From NCBI GenBank assembly GCA_034429935.1, contig DAOUFJ010000030.1, forward strand, positions 47,261 through 111,260: a stretch of 64,000 nucleotides of DNA, given 5' to 3'. The DNA is from Dehalococcoidales bacterium (GTDB lineage: Bacteria > Chloroflexota > Dehalococcoidia > Dehalococcoidales > UBA5627). The notes beneath the pieces are model-generated. The model had not been told where the DNA came from. It made no database searches and was given only the letters and a program-made list of their open reading frames with translations. The position numbers were made by a program, and so were the translations under genes. This document shows, one piece after another, positions 16,986-26,519 of this stretch; the first letter of the stretch is position 1; each line of letters opens with the position of its first letter.

Positions 16986-17009
16986 AAAGGGGGATTTTAA
17001 TCCCCCTTT
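16986..17009. terminator. perfect 10-bp-stem hairpin (AAAGGGGGAT tttа-loop ATCCCCCTTT), bidirectional terminator-like
   Basis: aaagggggat ttta atcccccttt, with A/T runs on both sides. It lies between the hicB-side transcription unit and the start of the 15320-16915 gene. Confidence 0.55.
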
Positions 17010-17245
17010 ATTTCATAGTTTACAAATTTTGGATCATTGCGAGAAGTTCTTTAAGCGAGTCAATGATAATTGGTAGTAGCTCTTTAATTACTAATCCCAC
17101 CAAAACACCTTGAGCAATTTTGTACATTCATCGTAAGACCTCCCTGATATATTTTGAACAGCAATGTTACGATGATAGTTCAATAATATAATTTTATCAC
17201 TAAGAGGGTATATGCTCAAATTTAAGCGTTCCTAAAAATTTGTTC

Positions 17246-17476
17246 TTACACCGCAACCTCTATTTGTTCTACACTGTATTTTTCAGGGATAGGCTCGCCT
17301 TCTTCTATCATATGTTCCAAACATAATTGGATTACTTCGTTGATATTTGCCAAGGCTTCTTCTTTAGTCTTTCCCTGCGTAAAACAACTCGGCAGGACAG
17401 GTACTTCAGCGATAAAAAAACCGTCTTCGTCCTGCGTAATAACAACGGGTAATTTGAGCTTTTTCATTTTTAACAC
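17246..17476 (-). CDS. HicB-family (UPF0150) antitoxin-like protein, no hicA partner seen
   Basis: LPVVITQDEDGFFIAEVPVLPSCFTQGKTKEEALANINEVIQLCLE is the canonical HicB N-domain. Confidence 0.8.
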   Translation of the reverse strand: MLKMKKLKLPVVITQDEDGFFIAEVPVLPSCFTQGKTKEEALANINEVIQLCLEHMIEEGEPIPEKYSVEQIEVAV

Positions 17477-17589
17477 CCCGCTTGCTTTATAAGATGATTA
17501 TAACACAAATTCGTAGCAAGATAGCTTAAAATCCAAAATCCCCCGAAATCTTTTCGAAATCGAGGGCTTTTTAACGTCAAGAAGGAATA

Positions 17590-17862
17590 TTACTCCAGGT
17601 CTTTAAGCAGTTCTTCGGTAGAGTTAAAGCTCTTAACCCTTCCGGCAGCTATATCCTCATCAGCCTTCTTCTCGCCTTTCTGCCATTTTTTAGTCCAGAA
17701 ATAGGATTGACTTTTATCCACCAGTTTTTGCGGGACTAAAACTGCTCTGTCATTGATTATTTCGATTTCCACCAAGTCGCCTTCTTCAATTCCCATACTT
17801 CTGCGTATGGTGGCGGGTAGAGTAATTTGTCCATTGCGTGTCACTTTACTGTATGCCGGCAT
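17590..17862 (-). CDS. AbrB/MazE/SpoVT-family antitoxin
   Basis: VTRNGQITLPATIRRSMGIEEGDLVEIE is a swapped-hairpin barrel motif. It lies 9 nt downstream of the toxin gene. Confidence 0.8.
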   Translation of the reverse strand: MPAYSKVTRNGQITLPATIRRSMGIEEGDLVEIEIINDRAVLVPQKLVDKSQSYFWTKKWQKGEKKADEDIAAGRVKSFNSTEELLKDLE

Positions 17863-17871
17863 TTTTATCTC

Positions 17872-18141
17872 CTAGGGATTTCCCAGCGTTTCATCGTGCT
17901 GTCCGATATTACGCAGGATAATCAAATCTTCTTCAATCTGAAACGTAATTCTTATCAAACGGTTAACTCTGGCTTCCCAAATATCTTTTGTGCCCTTAAT
18001 TTTTCTTACCCTGAGAGCCGGATACCTTATATCGGCTAAAAGATTTTCTATGGCTTTTCGGGCTGATGTTTTTTGCTCTTCGGTTAATTCCTTCCAGGCT
18101 TTCTTGAAGCTTTCAGTTCGAGCAATTTGCACGATTACCAC
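17872..18141 (-). CDS. RelE/ParE-superfamily toxin
   Basis: 89 aa. ..FKKAWKELTEEQK...LRVRKIKGTKDIWEARVNRLIRITFQIEEDLIILRNIGQHDE is typical of RelE/ParE toxins. Confidence 0.72.
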   Translation of the reverse strand: MVIVQIARTESFKKAWKELTEEQKTSARKAIENLLADIRYPALRVRKIKGTKDIWEARVNRLIRITFQIEEDLIILRNIGQHDETLGNP

Positions 18142-18150
18142 CTGCGTAAA

Positions 18151-18177
18151 TACTATATTACAAAGTTACTATATTAC
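18151..18177. promoter_or_regulatory. two direct 11-bp repeats (TACTATATTAC x2, 16-bp period) just upstream of the toxin start; candidate TA operator
   Basis: tactatattac (18151-18161), aaagt, tactatattac (18167-18177). They lie 10 nt beyond the start codon at 18141. Confidence 0.45.
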
Positions 18178-18498
18178 TAATTTCTACAAATGTCAATCTC
18201 TCTTGAGAAAAAATTAATTCGTTACCAAAAACATATAGACTCTCGAAATCTTTACGAAATCATCAGCTTTATCCTTGAGAAATCCAACGACATGGTGTGC
18301 CCAATCATGCGCAATTGTTTTGAAGAGATATATAAAGCGAGTTATTATACTTCCGAATGTAGATGTGCCTGTGAGTGTTGACAAATACCGGCTCTTAGTC
18401 ATAGGATTGATAGGAGAGAAGTTATTTTGGATGCACCCAAAAGGAAAAATGATTTAACAACCTTGAATTAATAAAGAAATTAGTTATGGAGGAATTAC

Positions 18499-18783
18499 AT
18501 GAATCCTGAAATGGTAGAGAAATTGTGGCAAAGGTCGGGTGGAAAGTGCGAGTGTAAGAAAGCGGCACATAACCATCCTGGCGGAAAATGTGATAAGGTT
18601 CTGGTAAAAGAAATGCTGGATAAGGATGGGGAAGGAAGCTGGAAGATACTCCAGGTTTTTGTCAGCGGCGGCGAAAATATTAATGCCTACGCCATTTACT
18701 GCACCGAGTGTTTTCAGAAATTACCGAATGCTCTCAAAAAAGAAGGCCGATTTAGCGGTAATCTCTGGGGTACCAGCAAATAA
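18499..18783 (+). CDS. hypothetical Cys/His-rich small protein
   Basis: 94 aa with SGGKCECKKAAHNHPGGKCDK ... YCTECFQKL. The SD GGAGG lies upstream. Confidence 0.5.
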   Translation: MNPEMVEKLWQRSGGKCECKKAAHNHPGGKCDKVLVKEMLDKDGEGSWKILQVFVSGGENINAYAIYCTECFQKLPNALKKEGRFSGNLWGTSK

Positions 18784-18909
18784 GAGCACCTGCATAAGCT
18801 GATTTAAGAATTCGATTTGAAAACTTCTAATTGAATAATTGTTTTTTGTCTTTACAAAGCCTCCGAAATCTTTATGAAATCGGGGGCTTTCAATTCTATC
18901 AAATTATTT

Positions 18910-19845
18910 CTACTTACAGGTTTTCCCTGCAAGCGATTCCGCCTCTATGTAAATACGCAGGCATTCAGGATAGGCACTCTGTATATTTTTCTCGATGCGG
19001 TGAATCGATTCGTGCACCTGCTCCGCTGTGCTTCCCTGTTTGAAGCAAACTCCGAGGTTCAACAGCAAATCGTGCGGCCCCATGTACATTGTCAGTATCT
19101 CAGCCACGCTCTCAACCTGCGGGTCGGATTCGATGCGTTTTCTCATATCTGCCAGCGTTGCCGCGTCCACTCCTTCACCGAGCAGCAGGCTCCTGGTTTC
19201 GAAAGCAAGTATAAAAGCTACTCCCATGAGCAGAAGACCGATTAACATGGAGGCGATGCCGTCCAGATACGGGTTCCCCAGAATATGTCCAAAAAAGATG
19301 CCCAGGAAGGCGAAGATAAGCCCCAGCAGTGCGGCGCTGTCCTCGAGCACTACGGTATAGGTGCTGGGGTCTTTGGCTTCTTTTATGTATTGCCAGGCGC
19401 CCTTTTTACCTTTGAACTTGCGGAATTCCCTGACGGCTACCGAGAACGACCATCCCTCGATAACGGCAGCCAGCGCCAGCACGATATAGTTTACGGTTGG
19501 GTCGTACAATTCCGCTCCGGGGGCTACATGCCTGATGTGAGAAATGCCTTCATACAGGGATAAGCCGCCGCCGATGCCGAAGATGGAAACCGAAACCACC
19601 AGCGTCCAGAAGTATAATGCCTTGCCGTATCCGAACGGGTGTAGTTCATCGGCGGGTTTCTTAGCACGCTTCATGCCGTGCAACAGCAAACCGCCGTTTC
19701 CGGTATCCACAAGTGAATGAATACCCTCCGATATCATAGCCGAGGAGCCGGTGATTATTGCGGCTATGAACTTGATAACGGCTATTACCAGGTTACCGAT
19801 AACCGCTGCTACCACTGCAACTTTGGAACTGCCGTGACCTGCCAT
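18910..19845 (-). CDS. cation diffusion facilitator (CDF) family metal efflux transporter
   Basis: 6 TM helices, HSLVDTGN, and a C-terminal cytoplasmic dimerisation domain. The likely start is ATG 19845 (AGGAGA upstream); the track ORF extends to 19893. Confidence 0.9.
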   Translation of the reverse strand: MAGHGSSKVAVVAAVIGNLVIAVIKFIAAIITGSSAMISEGIHSLVDTGNGGLLLHGMKRAKKPADELHPFGYGKALYFWTLVVSVSIFGIGGGLSLYEGISHIRHVAPGAELYDPTVNYIVLALAAVIEGWSFSVAVREFRKFKGKKGAWQYIKEAKDPSTYTVVLEDSAALLGLIFAFLGIFFGHILGNPYLDGIASMLIGLLLMGVAFILAFETRSLLLGEGVDAATLADMRKRIESDPQVESVAEILTMYMGPHDLLLNLGVCFKQGSTAEQVHESIHRIEKNIQSAYPECLRIYIEAESLAGKTCK

Positions 19846-19995
19846 ATTTTCTCTCCTTGATACCTGATGTGCCGGTTGTTTATCATATGACACACCGGGA
19901 TAAAAATCAGTGATTTAGAATAAAAATAATATCATTTTGTTGAATTCGTGTCATCTCGAATATAATTGTGTAAAATGCCAGCCCTGTAAAAATTA

Positions 19996-21582
19996 TTGTA
20001 TAATCATCCAATACCGGCTGTAGAGAGGGAGATACGTGTGAGACAAAATCCTGGCATTTTAACGGGAATCAGAATTTTTTTGCTGTTTGTAATCCTGTGC
20101 GGACTGCTGCCTGCGGTTTCAGCCTGCCGGTCTTCCGATATCGAATTGACAATCATGCATACAAACGATAGTCACTCTCATCTGGATAATATTGCCCGCC
20201 TGGCAACTGCCATATCTGAAATACGGGACGAAGCTGGCGCCGGCAACACCATGCTGCTGGATGCCGGTGATGTTTTCGGCGGCACTGTTTATTACAGTCT
20301 CTATCGGGGGCAGGCCGACACCTATTTTATGGAACAGCTCGGGTATGATGCCATGTGCCCCGGAAACCATGAATTCAATGACGGAATCGAAACCTTTTCC
20401 TCATTTATGGGAAGTATCGATATTCCCGTTGTCTGTGCCAATATCGAGTTCTCGTCTGATAGTATAATGAACAAGCCCCCCCTCCCCTGGGTCATTATCG
20501 AAAAGAACGGGGAACGTTACGGAATCTTCGGTTTATTGACCGAGGAAACCATGGAAATCTCCAGCCCCGGAGAAAACATCGTAATAAGCGATACGGTAAC
20601 TGCTGCTCGTGAAGCGGTAGCAGATATGCAGGAGCAGGGGATAACCAAAATCATCGCCCTTACTCACCAGGGTTGGCAGGATGATTTGGACATTGCCTCA
20701 TCTGTCGAGGGAATCGATATCATTATCGGCGCACACAGCGCTATGGTGCCGGATGTTTATCCAACTGAGGTATCTGTCTTCGATGCGCCGACGCTGGTAG
20801 TCCAGGCCGGAGATTACCGCGAGTATCTCGGCAGGCTGGATGTGGTATTCGATAAATCCGGTGTTTTAAAAAGCTGGGCTGGGGAACTGATTGCTATCGA
20901 CGATACTATCGCTGAAGATGCCGGTATTGCCGCCGTGCTGGCTGTTTTACAGGAACCGCTAAGCGAGTTTATGAACGATGTAATCGGACAAACTGACGTG
21001 TTCCTTGACGGCGAGAATGAGAATATACGCAGCGGCGAGACCAATCTGGGCGACATGATTGCCGATGCTGTGCTGGAAAAGGTAAAGGCTGCCGGAACCG
21101 ATATTGCCATTGTAAACAGCGGCGGTATCCGGGTTTCTGTTCCGGCAGGCGATATCACGCGGGAAAAATTGATAGAGGTTTTACCGTATGAGAATTACCT
21201 GGTACTGGTTGACATTACAGGTGAACAGCTCATTGCCGCACTGGAAAACGGTGTAAGCCAGACCGAAGAATTGAAGGGGAGGTTTCCACAGGTAGCCGGC
21301 ATCAGGTTTACATGGAACTCGGCTAACGAACCCGGCAGCCGTATAGTAAGTGTCGAAGTCCGGACGGAGAACGGTTATATCCCCCTCGATGCAACAGCTA
21401 CTTACCGCGTTGTCATTAATGATTATATGTATGAAGGCGGCGACGGCTATACCGTTTTTCAGAAGGGGATAAATTACACCGACGTCGGCTTTATTTATTC
21501 GGAAATAATGATTGATTATCTGCAAAACAATTCACCGGTTTCGCCGCAAACCGATGGAAGAATTATCGACCTTGCCGAATAA
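19996..21582 (+). CDS. bifunctional metallophosphatase / 5'-nucleotidase, lipoprotein
   Basis: HTNDSHSH, GDVFGG and GNHEF metallophosphoesterase motifs, a 5'-nucleotidase C-terminal domain, and the lipobox AVSAC. The probable start is GTG 20038, because track start 19996 sits in a TGTATAAT promoter-like sequence. Confidence 0.9.
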   Translation: MYNHPIPAVEREIRVRQNPGILTGIRIFLLFVILCGLLPAVSACRSSDIELTIMHTNDSHSHLDNIARLATAISEIRDEAGAGNTMLLDAGDVFGGTVYYSLYRGQADTYFMEQLGYDAMCPGNHEFNDGIETFSSFMGSIDIPVVCANIEFSSDSIMNKPPLPWVIIEKNGERYGIFGLLTEETMEISSPGENIVISDTVTAAREAVADMQEQGITKIIALTHQGWQDDLDIASSVEGIDIIIGAHSAMVPDVYPTEVSVFDAPTLVVQAGDYREYLGRLDVVFDKSGVLKSWAGELIAIDDTIAEDAGIAAVLAVLQEPLSEFMNDVIGQTDVFLDGENENIRSGETNLGDMIADAVLEKVKAAGTDIAIVNSGGIRVSVPAGDITREKLIEVLPYENYLVLVDITGEQLIAALENGVSQTEELKGRFPQVAGIRFTWNSANEPGSRIVSVEVRTENGYIPLDATATYRVVINDYMYEGGDGYTVFQKGINYTDVGFIYSEIMIDYLQNNSPVSPQTDGRIIDLAE

Positions 21583-21707
21583 CGGATAAAAATATGTTTT
21601 ATATAAGAGAGGACTTTACACACAGCGGTATTTAAGGATAAAATGCGCATTACAATCGTTGTCAGATAAAATCTATCTTCAAGTAATTTATAGATTAAGG
21701 GAAAGAA

Positions 21708-22163
21708 GTGAGAAAACTACTCGAAAAAAGTAATTATCTTGTCCTTATAGCAGTTTTTTCATCGTTGTTGGCATCTGTAGCCGCGTTCGTATGGGGAGCG
21801 GTCAAGTCGGTTAAGGTCATCATCGATATTATTATAAATATCGGTTCGGAGGCTAATTTTATCGTACCCCTTATCGAAGTGATGGATATATTCCTGATTG
21901 CCACCGTTCTCTTTATCTTCTCGCTGGGCATGTACGAGTTGTTCATCGGGAAATTATCGCTGCCGCAATGGCTGGTTATCAAGAATCTCCACGACCTCAA
22001 GGTGAAGTTGAGCAGCGTGGTCATAATGGTCATGGGCATACACTTTTTGAAACACCTGGTCGAGTGGCAGGACCCGCAGGGAACTCTCTTCTTTGGCTTA
22101 AGCGTGGCTGTAGTTTCGGCCGCCCTGATCGCATTCAGTTACATCGGTTCTAAAAACGAATAA
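21708..22163 (+). CDS. YqhA (UPF0114)-like membrane protein
   Basis: 151 aa with 4 TM helices and an N-terminal pattern similar to the YqhA family. Confidence 0.55.
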   Translation: MRKLLEKSNYLVLIAVFSSLLASVAAFVWGAVKSVKVIIDIIINIGSEANFIVPLIEVMDIFLIATVLFIFSLGMYELFIGKLSLPQWLVIKNLHDLKVKLSSVVIMVMGIHFLKHLVEWQDPQGTLFFGLSVAVVSAALIAFSYIGSKNE

Positions 22164-22204
22164 TTTTCAATATAATGCGGCAAGCCTCAAATAAAAATAA
22201 GCCT

Positions 22205-22290
22205 CCGAATGTCATTCTGAATCTCGCTTTGTCGGGATGAAGAAGCTAAGGGTTATCGAATTGTATCCAAACTCTTCATTCCATTCAGAT
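22205..22290. repeat. hairpin repeat module type D (22211-22246) plus a degenerate partner
   Basis: GTCATTCTGAAtctcgctttgtcgggaTGAAGAAGC. Confidence 0.6.
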
Positions 22291-22664
22291 TGACAGTATT
22301 TCTTCATCCACATGTTCATCAACCTGTTTTTTGTTTTCGTTATCAACCTTGTGTGGCTGTAAACACTTTAAAAAATAATGTTTATATCTGTTTACAGATA
22401 AGGGACAGAAAGATAATTTGTTTTTACTATCTCTGGATTGTTAGTAAGGTATGATAGCAGCTATGATTGAGAACCGAATGAATTAATTCGTTGACAATGA
22501 AAATATCAAGAAGTAGAATGAATTGTATGTAATATTTTTATATCCTGCTTATTCCTTTTGGAATAATCTTTTCTCCCTTATTTTGCACTTCCTCTAATTA
22601 CAGTAAAAGGGAATATTAATAAAACTCACTTTCACCGTGGAATGATATTAGAAGATGAATCTAA

Positions 22665-23882
22665 ATGAAAACTCTGAATATAAAATCTAATACAAAAGCC
22701 AGAGGGAAAAATGAAGATACTAACAACGATGCAAAATCGCTGATTTTACATGATTATTTCAATGAAATAATCGAGAATACTCAGGAAGGTTTTTTCCTGA
22801 TTAATCTTACTACCCATAAACCGGAAATAGTTAATGAAGCTTATTGTAATATGCTAGGCGTCAGCCGGGATGAGGCTATGTCTTTAGATAATCGGAAATT
22901 TTTCGGTGATGAGATTGTAGAACAATGGGCGGTGGATTGGAATAAAGCATCGAAGGAACTGGATAAAACAGGTCATGATCAATATCTAACACAAACAAAA
23001 AATTCAAAGGGAGAAATTATTGATACCATAGTTCACCGTATAAAGATAAATGTTGGTCCGGGATATTTAATCTGTATTCATAAAGACCTTACTGAAATTA
23101 ATAAGTTAAGGAATGAATTGTATACATATCAATCCAGCCTGGAGACCAAAGTTGTTGGAAGAACAAAAGAGCTGGAAAAGCAAATTCAGAATAGAATCCA
23201 ATATAATCGGGCATTGGTACATGAACTGAAAACGCCGCTTGCCCCTTTATTATCGGCCAGTGAATTTCTTTGTTCCGAACTGAAGGATAAATTGACACTG
23301 GATTTTGCCAATATCATCAGGCAGGGAGCTTTAGATTTATCTAAAAGAATAGATGAACTGCTGGAGCTGGCCAGAGTGGAAACAGGGATGATGGCCATAG
23401 AGCCGTCTGCATGTAATATCAACTCTATTATAAATGATGTTGTAAATTATATAGAATCCGAGCTGATTAAAAGGAAATTATCTTTAGCCACGGATATTGA
23501 GATAGAAAATCCGGAGATTATCGCTGATGAAGAGCGTATCAGTGAGGTATTGCTGAATCTGTTAAATAATGCTATAAAGTTTACTCCGAGCGGAGGGAGC
23601 ATCAGCATTAAAGCGATTCAAAGGAATAAAAGAATATATGTGGATATTACCGATACGGGAATCGGGATAGCCGAAAAAGACCAGAAACATCTTTTTCAGC
23701 CGTATCATATGTTGGAGAATAAGATATCTCATTCAGGGGGATTGGGGCTGGGTTTATTCTTATCGAAAAGTATCATAGAGGCACATGGCGGGAAAATATC
23801 GGTAAAAAGCAAGCCGGGTGAAGGGAGCACTTTTTCCTTCTGGCTGCCTGTTGAAGGTAATAAAAAGGGAAATAGAAGTTGA
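22665..23882 (+). CDS. cytoplasmic PAS-domain sensor histidine kinase
   Basis: PAS region, then H-box LVHELKTPLAP, N box LLNLLNNAIKFT, G1 DTGIGI and G2 GGLGLGL. No TM segments. Confidence 0.9.
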   Translation: MKTLNIKSNTKARGKNEDTNNDAKSLILHDYFNEIIENTQEGFFLINLTTHKPEIVNEAYCNMLGVSRDEAMSLDNRKFFGDEIVEQWAVDWNKASKELDKTGHDQYLTQTKNSKGEIIDTIVHRIKINVGPGYLICIHKDLTEINKLRNELYTYQSSLETKVVGRTKELEKQIQNRIQYNRALVHELKTPLAPLLSASEFLCSELKDKLTLDFANIIRQGALDLSKRIDELLELARVETGMMAIEPSACNINSIINDVVNYIESELIKRKLSLATDIEIENPEIIADEERISEVLLNLLNNAIKFTPSGGSISIKAIQRNKRIYVDITDTGIGIAEKDQKHLFQPYHMLENKISHSGGLGLGLFLSKSIIEAHGGKISVKSKPGEGSTFSFWLPVEGNKKGNRS

Positions 23883-24556
23883 AATTTTTAATAATAGAAG
23901 ATGACCGGACAATGATAGAGCTTATCTCGTTGTTAATGAGAGTAAGCTGGCCGGAAGTGGAATTGATATCAGCTGAAAATGGAAAAGCGGGGATAGCGTT
24001 ATCGAAAGAACACAGCATCGATTTAATCATTCTCGATATCGGGCTTCCGGATATGGAAGGCTTTGAGGTATTGAAGGCGGTGCGTACTTTCTCCGATGTG
24101 CCTATTTTAGTATTGACGGTAAGGTCGAGCGAGACAGATGTAGTTAAAGCAATCGAGATGGGTGCTAATGAATATATAATAAAGCCTTTCCGGAACCTGG
24201 AATTTTTAGCCCGCATCAAGCTTTTGTTGAGGAAACAGGTATATCTGAAGGATGAGCAGTGTTTTAATATCGGCAAGTTTCTTTTTGATTTTTCACTGCA
24301 CAGGTTGGAATATGATAATAAAAAGATTGAACTCACCAGTACCGAAGCACTTATTCTGTACCACTTAATACGTAACCAGGGGCAGGCGTTGAGTTTATCC
24401 GTACTGTCACAAAAGATATGGGGGGAAGACTATCCGGGAAGTTCGGATGCCATAAGAGTCTATATCAGGCATTTAAGGCAAAAGATTGAAGAAGACGCCG
24501 GTAATCCGAAAATAATTATGACCAAGCTGGGAGTAGGGTACATAATAGAAAAATAG
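23879..24556 (+). CDS. OmpR/PhoB-type response regulator
   Basis: The receiver carries EDD, DLIILDIGLPDMEG, T and KPF. The C-terminus is a winged helix (LTSTEALILYHL... VYIRHLRQKIE ... GVGY). It overlaps the HK stop by 4 nt. Confidence 0.92.
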   Translation: MKFLIIEDDRTMIELISLLMRVSWPEVELISAENGKAGIALSKEHSIDLIILDIGLPDMEGFEVLKAVRTFSDVPILVLTVRSSETDVVKAIEMGANEYIIKPFRNLEFLARIKLLLRKQVYLKDEQCFNIGKFLFDFSLHRLEYDNKKIELTSTEALILYHLIRNQGQALSLSVLSQKIWGEDYPGSSDAIRVYIRHLRQKIEEDAGNPKIIMTKLGVGYIIEK

Positions 24557-24586
24557 TAATTATTTACCAATTAGACATTCTATAAT

Positions 24587-24620
24587 AATCGAGGCTATTT
24601 TAGTCCTCGATTATTTTTTT
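24587..24620 (+). terminator. rho-independent terminator after the response regulator gene
   Basis: AATCGAGG ctattttagt CCTCGATT followed by ATTTTTTT. Confidence 0.6.
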
Positions 24621-24814
24621 AGCATCTTCGATAAACCCGCCCTGAAATATTATGAAATCTTAAACTGTTTTAACAAATCATAAACTCTTTAAACAAGTTA
24701 TAAGCCCCGCATTTCGACATTATAAGCAAATAATCGTCAAATTAATTTGGTTTATAAGGTCTCTATTTTATATTTATTAATAAAGGGTCCGATACTTATT
24801 TATGAATGTAGAAA

Positions 24815-25225
24815 ATGAAAGTACTGCTTTGTACGGATGATAACAATACTCAAGAAGATATATGTTTGATTTTTAAACTTGCTTTTCCTGACTGCAACTT
24901 GATAGTAACCGCTACAAAAAATCAATGTATTGATTCGATAAACCAGAATCCGGATATTTTCATAGTAAGTGTAAATGATATAGATGGTACATTCGATTTT
25001 AACTTTATAAAAAAGCTTCGCAACCTATCTCCAAATCCTATAGTTATTATTTCTTCTACCTCCGATGATACCAGGGGGCCCGATGATATGGTATTGCTTA
25101 AAGTCATGAGGTCAGGAGCAGACCTTTATATCAGTGAGCCTGTAAATAATATAGTTTTTATAGCTAAGTTAAGGTCGTTGATAAACAGAGAGGTCAACAG
25201 AATTAATAAAAATAAGCCGTTATGA
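24815..25225 (+). CDS. stand-alone atypical (pseudo-)receiver domain protein
   Basis: CheY-like fold pattern, but the phospho-acceptor region reads PDIFIVSVNDIDG (Ser at the aligned Asp position, shortened loop) and the K-P motif is E-P (YISEPV). Confidence 0.6.
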   Translation: MKVLLCTDDNNTQEDICLIFKLAFPDCNLIVTATKNQCIDSINQNPDIFIVSVNDIDGTFDFNFIKKLRNLSPNPIVIISSTSDDTRGPDDMVLLKVMRSGADLYISEPVNNIVFIAKLRSLINREVNRINKNKPL

Positions 25226-25256
25226 CTTTTGGTTTTTTAAAAGGATATAGCTACTA

Positions 25257-25721
25257 ATGAGAATATGGATTGCAGATACAAATCCCGAAATAAAAGAAGA
25301 TGTCCGGCTGGCCTTAAATAGATGTCAGCCCGATTGGCAGTTATCTGTCGTTAGTACAGGAAAACAATGCCTGAATATGATAAGAGGTGGCAATTGCCCC
25401 GATGCAGTGATTCTGGGTATGCAACTATTCGATATGTCCGGGTTAGAGCTAACCGGGCTTATACGTGATGATTCCGATGTTCCCATCATATTTTTGTCGA
25501 ATAGCAAAGACGTAGAAGTGTTAGTGAAAGCCTTTGATGCCGGTGCTAATGACTACATGGTTTTTCCATTCAGTAAAGCTATATTTATGGCCCGCGTAAA
25601 AGCGCAAATCAGGAGGAGAATGTGGGATATTTGGGCAAGAGATAGCTCCATGAAGATGACGGCTGAACGGCAGGAATGTATATCTTTGTCCTGGAAACTG
25701 GGGAAACATCTGTCAGCTTGA
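25257..25721 (+). CDS. stand-alone pseudo-receiver domain protein
   Basis: PDAVILGMQLFDMSGLEL has Gly where the phospho-acceptor Asp is expected. K-P is replaced by F-P (YMVFPF), and only one N-terminal acidic residue is present (IADTN). Confidence 0.7.
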   Translation: MRIWIADTNPEIKEDVRLALNRCQPDWQLSVVSTGKQCLNMIRGGNCPDAVILGMQLFDMSGLELTGLIRDDSDVPIIFLSNSKDVEVLVKAFDAGANDYMVFPFSKAIFMARVKAQIRRRMWDIWARDSSMKMTAERQECISLSWKLGKHLSA

Positions 25722-25791
25722 TCCCTTCTCCATTATCGTATATGTAATCCTGATTTTGTTGTAATTAATCATGGATGTTTTGCATAAAGAA

Positions 25792-25850
25792 ATGGAGGTG
25801 ATGCCTATACAACATTTTATTACTGCGTAATAGGAATATATGAAAGGGAA
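25792..25850 (+). promoter_or_regulatory. leader repeat copy 1, containing a 12-codon uORF (25792-25830) and the SD of the lipoprotein gene
   Basis: atggaggtgatgcctatacaacattttattactgcgtaa...atgaaaggg. The uORF encodes MEVMPIQHFITA. Confidence 0.5.
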
Positions 25851-25862
25851 AAATGAAATACA

Positions 25863-26453
25863 ATGAGAAAATTATATGCTATTACATGCATTTTACTTGT
25901 AACTGTTTTCCTTGGTCTTGTTGGATGTACAGCAGAACCAGTGACGACAACAGTTACACAGACTAAAACTGTTACTGCTGCACCACAGACGGTAACAAGT
26001 ACGGTAACAGCGCCGACAGTAACTGTTACCCAATCAACAACTGAAGTTATAACCCAAACCGTAACGGCGACACCGGCAACCACTGTTCAGACTACATCTC
26101 AGTCAACTGATTCATCCACAACCACATCGCAGGGTGGCGATTTTGATCCGTCCCTTATTGTAATAGAAGTAGATAACGCTACAGGCGGCATGTTAAGAGA
26201 TCAAAATATCAGGGTAATGTTAGCGGAAAACAATGCCTTACTTATTAGAGGAGAACTTCTTTCCCCGACTCCTATGCAACTCATTGCGATTATAACTTGC
26301 ACATACTTTGACGAAAATGGAACTGAGCTTGGTGTTTCCGAAGAGCTTAGAATTCAGTGCCCCGGTTCCGGCTCAGTATCTACGTTTAGCTTTGAATATG
26401 ACAGTGAAAATCTTTCCAAAATTAGCAGATGTGTAATTATGGTTAATACGTAA
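25863..26453 (+). CDS. lipoprotein with a Thr/Val-rich tether and a C-terminal FxLYD-like beta domain
   Basis: Signal peptide plus lipobox (FLGLVGC), then TTTVTQTKTVTAAPQTVTSTVTAPTVTVTQSTTEV.., and a C-terminal ..ITCTYFDENGTELG... Confidence 0.72.
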   Translation: MRKLYAITCILLVTVFLGLVGCTAEPVTTTVTQTKTVTAAPQTVTSTVTAPTVTVTQSTTEVITQTVTATPATTVQTTSQSTDSSTTTSQGGDFDPSLIVIEVDNATGGMLRDQNIRVMLAENNALLIRGELLSPTPMQLIAIITCTYFDENGTELGVSEELRIQCPGSGSVSTFSFEYDSENLSKISRCVIMVNT

Positions 26454-26460
26454 TCAATAT

Positions 26461-26519
26461 ATGGAGGTGATGCCTATACAGCATTTTATTATTTCGTAAG
26501 TGAAATCTATGAAAGGAGA
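26461..26519 (+). promoter_or_regulatory. leader repeat copy 2, containing a 12-codon uORF (26461-26499) and the SD of the molybdoenzyme gene
   Basis: atggaggtgatgcctatacagcattttattatttcgtaa...atgaaaggagaa. The uORF encodes MEVMPIQHFIIS. It starts 8 nt after the stop of the preceding gene. Confidence 0.5.

Noticed and set aside
17020-17127. 35-aa hydrophobic ORF (MYKIAQGVLVGLVIKELLPIIIDSLKELLAMIQNL) downstream of hicB with a GGAGG nearby; considered as a type-I-toxin-like peptide
   Set aside because: The start is ambiguous (two overlapping ATGs). The sequence also contains a type-A-like repeat signature (TCATTGCGAG...CAATGA), so it may simply be a repeat module.
18190-18457. Three overlapping ~60-aa ORFs between the TA operon and the 18499 gene
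   Set aside because: They are mutually exclusive with no RBS or motifs, and the region contains a degenerate hairpin element. It is probably non-coding.
22357-22397. Inverted repeat CTGTAAACA...TGTTTACAG upstream of the histidine kinase operon, considered as a regulator site
   Set aside because: It is about 270 nt from the start codon in very AT-rich DNA. There is only a single occurrence, which is insufficient support.
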